Shown here piece by piece: positions 58,529-64,000 of a stretch of 64,000 nt of DNA. This DNA comes from Dehalococcoidia bacterium. Its GTDB lineage: Bacteria; Chloroflexota; Dehalococcoidia; Lucifugimonadales; UBA3495. How positions within the stretch are numbered: position 1 is the stretch's first letter; every line of letters starts with the position of its first letter. Made by a program: the position numbers and the translations under genes. Location: the NCBI GenBank assembly GCA_965220095.1, contig CBDCPD010000001.1, forward strand, positions 20,700 through 84,699, written 5' to 3'. A model generated the notes under the pieces. That model saw only the letters and a program-made list of their open reading frames with translations, was not told where the DNA came from and did not search any database.

Positions 58529-61135
58529 TCAGCAGCATTCCAGGGCCCGGTCATCGTAGCCCAGTTCGCGAGCGCGTTGGAAATCCTCCTCCGAGCCATC
58601 GTCATCGCCCAGTAACTGGCGAACCAAACCGCGGCCATAAGTGGAACGGCCGCTGGTGGGATCAAATTCAACTGCTGTGTCGAAATCTGCCAGCGCCAGG
58701 TCCAGTTTCCCACTGAATAGGTGAGCATTGCCGCGGGTAAAACAAGCTATTGGGTCTCGGGGATTGAGTTTCAATGTCCCGTTGCAATCTGCGATCGCCA
58801 GGTCATATTCCCCCTTGGCGACATAGGCGTCCGCACGAAACCGATAGGCAAACGGATCTTGAGGCTTGAGCCGGAGCGCAGCGTCGTAATCGGCGATGGC
58901 CCGGTCCGGGTCGCCCTGCATTCGATAGGCCATTCCCCGTCCCAGATAAGCCGCCGCATTCTCAGAGTCTAGCCGCAGTGCGGCTTCAAAGTCCGCGATC
59001 GCTGGGTCGTACTCCCCTTTGTCACGAAGGCAATCGCCTCGGCCGCGGTAGGCATCAGCATGGTTGGGGTCGAGGCGGACAGATTCACACATGTCAGCGA
59101 GCGCCTGGTCCAATGCGCCCTGCTCGACGTAGGCCAGTCCCCGGTAGTAATATGCGGCCGCGGCGTCAGGTCTGAGCCGGATGTGTTCGCTCATGTCAGC
59201 AACCGTTCGGCCCCACTGATCCTGGTAGCCGTATAGGATTCCGCGCAGCATGTACGCGGGAGCGTGGTCCGGGTCCAGCCGTAGAACGGCATCCAGATCG
59301 GCGATAGCCAGGTCGTCTTCTCCCTTGGCGAAATGTGCTCTCGCCCTGGTCAGGTAAGCATAGTGATCATCGGGGCTGAGCCTGATGACGGCGTCCATGA
59401 CGGTGATCTTCCGGTCGTGCTCGGAAGCGCCTCCGTCATTGTCCGGTTCTTCCTGGCGGAATTCCCGGAGAAACTCCATGATCTTGTCCGTGTCGTCTTC
59501 GGCCCCAAAATGGTGGGCCATCCTTGAGTACTTCCTGTGCTTTTCGTGATCACCAGCCCAGAGCGCAATTTCCGAAGCCGCTACCAAAGCGGACGTCTCC
59601 TCGGGGTCGAGCTCTATTGCCGCTTCGAACGCTGCCAGAGCATCGGACAGCTGGCCCAGCTTCCAGTACGCAGCCCCCAATGCGCTGTAGTAACCGGAAT
59701 CAGGCGGTCCGCATTCCGGTTTCACATCCCGCAGGTGATCCAACGCTTCCGCCGGTCTGTCGGTGTGGAGTAATGTCCGACCGATTGCGGTCCAGGGGAG
59801 AATCCAGGCAGGGTGCATCGCAACCGCCACCCATAACGCGTCCAATCCCTCGTTGACGAGGGCCTTCTCCCTGCGCCAAATACCGATGTCAGTTTTCAGC
59901 GACCCCAGCGCAAAGTGGTAAGCCGGAACTAATGGGTCAAGCCGGGCCGCCGTCTCCAACTCGGCCATGGCTTCGTCAAGTTGTCCCTGTACCTCGCGCT
60001 CTAGAGAGCGCCGGTAATGGGCATAGGCCTCGGGGTTGCCCACCCCCCAATCCTCAAGTAAGTGCCCATCGGTCTCCTGTAAGAGGATGTCCTCCCCAGC
60101 TAGATGAGCGCGGAGATTGACCGAGAGGACGCGCCGGACCCAGTCCACCCCGGTGGACCGCAGGTCCTCCCGCCATTCTTCGTCCGGTTCCCGTTCAATC
60201 AGGGCTGCCAACAGCGGTTTGGCAATGCGGGCGTCAACGCCCAGATCAGCCAACACGGTGAGATCAGCTGCACGGTCTTCGGTAGGGAACTGGTCGTCAA
60301 TTATCCGATAGGTTTCCTCAGCGTACCGGTGTAATCGACTGATGGCGTCGTCCACGGCCTCGTCCCCTATGTGCTCGACCAACAGGCCAACGACGTCGCT
60401 GACCCAGTAGAGGGCTCGCAGTTCAAGCGCGATGCCAGCCGTGTTCGAACCTGTAATGTTGTCGGCCAGCACCTGGGCTAGCTTCGCGATGTTGTCATCG
60501 GAGGGCCGGGCGCCATGGTACATCCAGGCGTCGAAGGTGTTATCGTTCACCCTGATTTCATCGACCACGTCCTTCCGGGATAGCCCAGCTTGGCGCCGCT
60601 TTTGATTGAGGTAGGCTTGTCGGGCCGTGCGGCTCGCCCAACCAAGCAAGTCGAGCGTTGCCGGAGATGATCCGGCAAGATGCAGATGGGCGGCTACCCT
60701 GAGTGCCAGATCGATGACGGCGAGCCTGACGTATACCCCCCAGACCTTCGGCAGATGGCTGGGCAGGACGCTCATGGTCCTCCGCCGGAGGAACGACCGG
60801 AACAGGTCCCAGTTGTCCGCGTGCCACTGCAGCATGGAGGCCAACGCGGGCGCCAATTCGTAATTGGCTTCCCTCTCCTCGGGCGACGCAACGAAACCGG
60901 AGCCGGTCAACACCTCCGCTATGGCCTCGATGATCTCGGCCCTGCTGGAATCCTTCACCCGATCTCGCAACCGGCCGGAGAAATACCGTTGGGCTGTTTT
61001 TCTCCGCAGAGCAGGGTGCTTTATGCCCAACTTTGCGACCAGAGCTCCGATTATCTGGCCGCTGGTGGGTAGGCGGGGTGTAACTTCGCGTTCAGTCACA
61101 TTGTCCTCGCGCTCGTCACCAATCATACAGGCCAT
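58529..61135 (-). CDS. 868-aa HTH (XRE-like) + tetratricopeptide-repeat protein
   Basis: HTH QKRRQAGLSRKDVVDEIRVNDNTFDAWMYHGARPSDDNIAKLAQVL. The C-terminal half carries >=10 34-residue TPRs (e.g. AYRGRGDCLRDKGEYDPAIADFEAALRLDSENAAAYLGRGMAY). No Walker A motif. ATG 61135 (alternative 61126) lies inside the 3' end of the viperin gene. Confidence 0.85.
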   Translation of the reverse strand: MACMIGDEREDNVTEREVTPRLPTSGQIIGALVAKLGIKHPALRRKTAQRYFSGRLRDRVKDSSRAEIIEAIAEVLTGSGFVASPEEREANYELAPALASMLQWHADNWDLFRSFLRRRTMSVLPSHLPKVWGVYVRLAVIDLALRVAAHLHLAGSSPATLDLLGWASRTARQAYLNQKRRQAGLSRKDVVDEIRVNDNTFDAWMYHGARPSDDNIAKLAQVLADNITGSNTAGIALELRALYWVSDVVGLLVEHIGDEAVDDAISRLHRYAEETYRIIDDQFPTEDRAADLTVLADLGVDARIAKPLLAALIEREPDEEWREDLRSTGVDWVRRVLSVNLRAHLAGEDILLQETDGHLLEDWGVGNPEAYAHYRRSLEREVQGQLDEAMAELETAARLDPLVPAYHFALGSLKTDIGIWRREKALVNEGLDALWVAVAMHPAWILPWTAIGRTLLHTDRPAEALDHLRDVKPECGPPDSGYYSALGAAYWKLGQLSDALAAFEAAIELDPEETSALVAASEIALWAGDHEKHRKYSRMAHHFGAEDDTDKIMEFLREFRQEEPDNDGGASEHDRKITVMDAVIRLSPDDHYAYLTRARAHFAKGEDDLAIADLDAVLRLDPDHAPAYMLRGILYGYQDQWGRTVADMSEHIRLRPDAAAAYYYRGLAYVEQGALDQALADMCESVRLDPNHADAYRGRGDCLRDKGEYDPAIADFEAALRLDSENAAAYLGRGMAYRMQGDPDRAIADYDAALRLKPQDPFAYRFRADAYVAKGEYDLAIADCNGTLKLNPRDPIACFTRGNAHLFSGKLDLALADFDTAVEFDPTSGRSTYGRGLVRQLLGDDDGSEEDFQRARELGYDDRALECC

Positions 61136-62033
61136 CCCGCAACCGGAATTTGCCAGGGTCGACCGATACTTCTTTTAGCGCGACGTTGACACCGACCTCG
61201 TTTATAGGACGGCTGTACACGTGGGCTCCGGCCGTATTGTCAAAGAAGCGGCCCGCGGGGTCGACCATCACGTAGCTGCCGGTCATCAGGTCATTGCTCT
61301 CCGGAACGACCGCGACGCCCATGGCCTCCACGCCCCGGTTGCGGGCAACGTAGCCGGCGAACTGCTCGGGAGTGATCACCTGGTCATCGACCAGACCGTC
61401 GTTCTGGCCTCTGATGGGAAGCACCTGCAGCTGCTTCCACCGTTCCGGTCGCGCTCTGGCGATGAAGCCGGTCAGGTCCTCGCCGCAGTTGCAACGCGTC
61501 ACCACGGTGTTGACTTTCAGGCGGATACCCCGCTCCTTCAGCAGATCAATGACGCCCAGGTAGTCATCCTCGGTGAGAGGCCCGTTTCGGGTCGTTCGCC
61601 CCAACGCTTCCAATTTCTGCGGATCTACCGTATCTATGCTCAAGGTGGCCCAATCCAAGTGACCGTGGACTTGGTCAAGCCACTCCCGCGTGATCCGGCT
61701 GCCGTTGGTGACCATGGACGTGGTGAACGTCAGTTCCTTGGCCCGCCGTATCAGGTCCGGGAGCCAGGGGCAAAGCGTGGGTTCGCCGCCGGCGAAGTTG
61801 ATTTTATCGAACCCCGCGCTGGCCAGCGCCTCCACCACGGAAAGGCAGCCCTCACGCGGCAGGTGTCCTTTGGGCAGGACGTCCTGTCCGATATCTTGAA
61901 AGGTGGCGAAGCAGAACCGGCACCTCATGTTGCAGGGCTTCCACAGGTGGAAGTTGACCGAGGGTATTTCTTTCGTGATTTCCATTTCGACTCCACGATG
62001 TTCCGTAGCTTCACGGAAGCGTTTTATGGCCAT
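61116..62033 (-). CDS. Prokaryotic viperin-like radical SAM enzyme (pVip)
   Basis: VNFHLWKPCNMRCRFCF (CxxxCxxC), KINFAGGEPTL, MVTNGSRI, LSIDT, RWKQLQVLPIRGQN, VPESNDLMTGSYVMVD and C-terminal FRLRDGLYDW. These are collinear with the viperin/RSAD2 motifs as I remember them. An alternative start is ATG 61985. Confidence 0.85.
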   Translation of the reverse strand: MAIKRFREATEHRGVEMEITKEIPSVNFHLWKPCNMRCRFCFATFQDIGQDVLPKGHLPREGCLSVVEALASAGFDKINFAGGEPTLCPWLPDLIRRAKELTFTTSMVTNGSRITREWLDQVHGHLDWATLSIDTVDPQKLEALGRTTRNGPLTEDDYLGVIDLLKERGIRLKVNTVVTRCNCGEDLTGFIARARPERWKQLQVLPIRGQNDGLVDDQVITPEQFAGYVARNRGVEAMGVAVVPESNDLMTGSYVMVDPAGRFFDNTAGAHVYSRPINEVGVNVALKEVSVDPGKFRLRDGLYDW

Positions 62034-62401
62034 CGTAGGGTTGCTCTTCTGAGCGGTCAGCCCCAGTCAGGCGGACAAATCGCATTCCGTGGAAAGGTTG
62101 TTGCAACGCCTTTGCATCAGCGGAGCTGCCGCCCGTTCTCCCCGACCGCCTGCTCAATGGCGCGACGATATGCGCCTTCGTCGGTGAAACGGCCGCCTCT
62201 ACCCGGCCTCAGTCCCGACAACACATGGGTCAGGCCATCGACACCCACCACGGTGCGCTCCATCCGGGCCGCCCCATTGGATCGCGAAATCCTCCCTCTG
62301 CGGCACGGTACTGCTCCTTTGAACCTCTGACGTCGTCCGGTGCGCCGGCGGCGTTGCGCCGGACCGGACTGCGGAAAAGACTTGGTCGTTACGTCTTCAT
62401 G

Positions 62402-62788
62402 TCACTCCCGAAGTTGACGGCGTCGCCGCCGATTGGCGACGACAATCACCCCGTCGGTCACGCTGTAGCCCACGCCGGTATCGACGTAATCCGATTCCTC
62501 ATCCCCTTCTGACAAGCTAGTCCGGTAGGTTCGCCCGGCCACGCGCTCCGTGGCTTCTGCGGACACTTCCGCAGCGCGTCCAGCGGTGAGCGGGAAAATC
62601 GAGATGACCTCGTAGCCCTCCCTATCCAGTTGGTTGCAGTATCTGGCGATGTCATCCGCCAGCTTGCGGCCCGCCGGGCGTTCTCCGGCGATGCCGTACA
62701 CCTGCTTCGTGGAGCCGTTGCGCTCGTTGAGATGGCTGTCAACCGCTATGTAGCGAGCAACGAATGCCTCTGCGTCTTTGGTAGTCAT
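62402..62788 (-). CDS. Hypothetical protein upstream of the viperin gene
   Basis: AAGGAGGA precedes ATG 62788 (MTTKDAEAFVARYIAVDSHLNERNG...). No family recognised. Confidence 0.5.
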   Translation of the reverse strand: MTTKDAEAFVARYIAVDSHLNERNGSTKQVYGIAGERPAGRKLADDIARYCNQLDREGYEVISIFPLTAGRAAEVSAEATERVAGRTYRTSLSEGDEESDYVDTGVGYSVTDGVIVVANRRRRRQLRE

Positions 62789-63382
62789 GGAACAACCGTC
62801 CTCCTTGCATAATCGTGCCGCAGGAGCGGGAGCAGTGAGCACGGCAATCGAGTTTCCACACTAACGCCGCGAGTGTGGAACGAATGCCGCCCTGCGTTCG
62901 CGATGACCAAAGCCAGCGCGGCCCGCCGATTGGTACGTCGCCATGCTTGCGGTCACAATTTGGTTGCGACAATCAGCGCCCCACTGAACTCGGTCAGTAC
63001 CGGGCAATTGGCGCTCTGTAACCACGATGGCGGCCGGGATTGTAACGTGATGGAGACGAGCCCGCAAGCCATTATCCGGACGATCAGGATCAATCAAGAA
63101 TCCCGGACCGGCTGCACTTATCGGAATCGCCGGCGGCGCATACGAAGTGTCCTCCCGATACCTGAATGACGTGCCGCAGGAAAATTGCGTGGCTGCCCCG
63201 GGACTACGACATCAGCGATGGAAAACCCGGCAACGCCCGGGATCTGGACGACTATCCATCCAGTCACGGAGCACTACCGGTCGAGACGTATAAACTCCTC
63301 TGCGGAATAGATAATGACTTTGGAGCTCCGGTCGATCGAAGGATCTCTCCAATCAGACGACACCCCAATAGTGAGTGCGACC

Positions 63383-64000
63383 ATGGCGAATGATGAGGAT
63401 CTTCAACTGTTCCTGCAGGGCGTTCAACATTGGAACGCGAATATGAACGCTTGGGATACGGGACGCCATTTTGCCGCGAGCGGCGGACACCAACGCGACT
63501 TGAGCGGGACGCGCATCGGTGCCTTGCTGGTGCAGCGGGCCGAGCGCGAGCAGGACCGCTCCGTCGGACAGGCTACGGAATATCCCGCGGCCAATCTCAG
63601 TTTTACCAACCTGGCGCGGACCGACTTTCGCAATCCATATGCCTGTTTCAACCTCCAGGAGGCGAATTTCCTCAACTCAGACCTGCGGGAAGCGAACCTG
63701 GAGGCCGCCGACCTGACTGGAGCGGAGTTCACGTATGCGAACTTGGAGAACGCCGTCCTGCGGGGCGCCACGGTGGACCAAGCCGCGTTCGCCGCTGCCA
63801 ACTTGACCGGAACTGATCTGACGGCGACACGCCCCTGGCGGGCACACCTATTTCGGCATATTGACCCTGCCAAAGATCCGGTAACCCCGGCCAGGACGGT
63901 CATCAGGCGCGTGGCTGACCTGATTGATATGTGCTTGGACCTACGTGATCTGCACGGTGCGACGAGCGATTTTGAACTGTATTACCGCGGCGAAGCGAAG
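63383..64000 (+). CDS. Pentapeptide-repeat protein continuing into an FRG-like region, 3' end off-window
   Basis: Not in the ORF track because it has no stop in the window. ATG 63383 opens a frame that runs to 64000. ANLSFTNLARTDFRN...LQEANFLNSDLREANLEAADLTGAEFTYANLENAVLRGATV...ANLTGTDL (A(D/N)Lxx repeats). It ends ...DLHGATSDFELYYRGEAK, resembling the start of an FRG domain. Confidence 0.7.
   Translation, partial: MANDEDLQLFLQGVQHWNANMNAWDTGRHFAASGGHQRDLSGTRIGALLVQRAEREQDRSVGQATEYPAANLSFTNLARTDFRNPYACFNLQEANFLNSDLREANLEAADLTGAEFTYANLENAVLRGATVDQAAFAAANLTGTDLTATRPWRAHLFRHIDPAKDPVTPARTVIRRVADLIDMCLDLRDLHGATSDFELYYRGEAK

Noticed and set aside
62117-62263. 48-codon minus-strand ORF (MERTVVGVDGLTHVLSGLRPGRGGRFTDEGAYRRAIEQAVGENGRQLR) between the hypothetical gene and the viperin gene
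   Set aside because: No RBS and no recognisable family. It could be chance in GC-rich DNA and is only worth checking if conserved near other pVip loci.
61221-62330. 369-aa plus-strand ORF opposite the viperin gene
   Set aside because: The minus-strand frame carries the full set of radical-SAM and viperin motifs. The plus frame has none.
63166-63393. 75-aa ORF just upstream of, and overlapping, the pentapeptide gene
   Set aside because: No RBS or motif was recognised and it cannot be distinguished from chance. It is left unannotated.

Overview
GC-rich bacterial DNA, mostly accessory and heavily colonised by insertion sequences. No rRNA, tRNA or CRISPR array was seen.

(i) 1-10.3 kb: four co-oriented genes for secreted or surface proteins. 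They are a PKD + 8 PPC-like repeat protein, an Ig-like acidic protein, an IPT/TIG-like protein and a collagen-like tail-anchored protein. They share an FN3-like module and a conserved leader.

(ii) 10.3-21.3 kb: a mobile-DNA patch.
- A decayed IS21 whose istA and istB are broken by perfect 16-bp and 13-bp tandem duplications, apparently inserted into an IS607-type tnpA stub.
- A membrane-anchored gluzincin-like protein.
- An IS607-family tnpA/tnpB pair whose TnpB lacks all zinc-finger cysteines.
- An IS701-like element with 18-bp inverted repeats.
- A VapBC module and a stand-alone TnpB-related gene.

(iii) 21.5-30.4 kb: two convergent plant-type LRR proteins, one of them fused to FN3-like and DUF1524/His-Me nuclease-like domains. 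Next to them is a lipoprotein gene array (serine hydrolase, gluzincin, LRR) with Pro/Thr-rich linkers.

(iv) 30.4-48.5 kb:
- IS5-type debris, including a nested insertion.
- A short tyrosine recombinase next to 27-29-bp palindromes that bracket a Uma2 gene.
- Nitronate monooxygenase, plus phosphohexomutase and IS256 remnants.
- A complete IS607-family element.
- A second VapBC flanked by a ~185-nt noncoding repeat.
- A DUF1971-globin fusion.
- A nucleotidyltransferase + integrase module that occurs twice.

(v) 49.1-51.1 kb: groES-groEL.

(vi) 57.7-64 kb: a defence-type island with a PIN toxin-antitoxin pair, a prokaryotic viperin translationally coupled to an 868-aa HTH-TPR protein, and a pentapeptide/FRG-like gene that runs off the window.

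The best candidate for an undescribed system is the viperin + HTH-TPR pair. Runners-up are the recombinase/palindrome cassette, the noncoding repeat family tied to the IS607 right end, and the atypical TnpB variants.

All domain calls come from motif recognition by eye. No searches were run.
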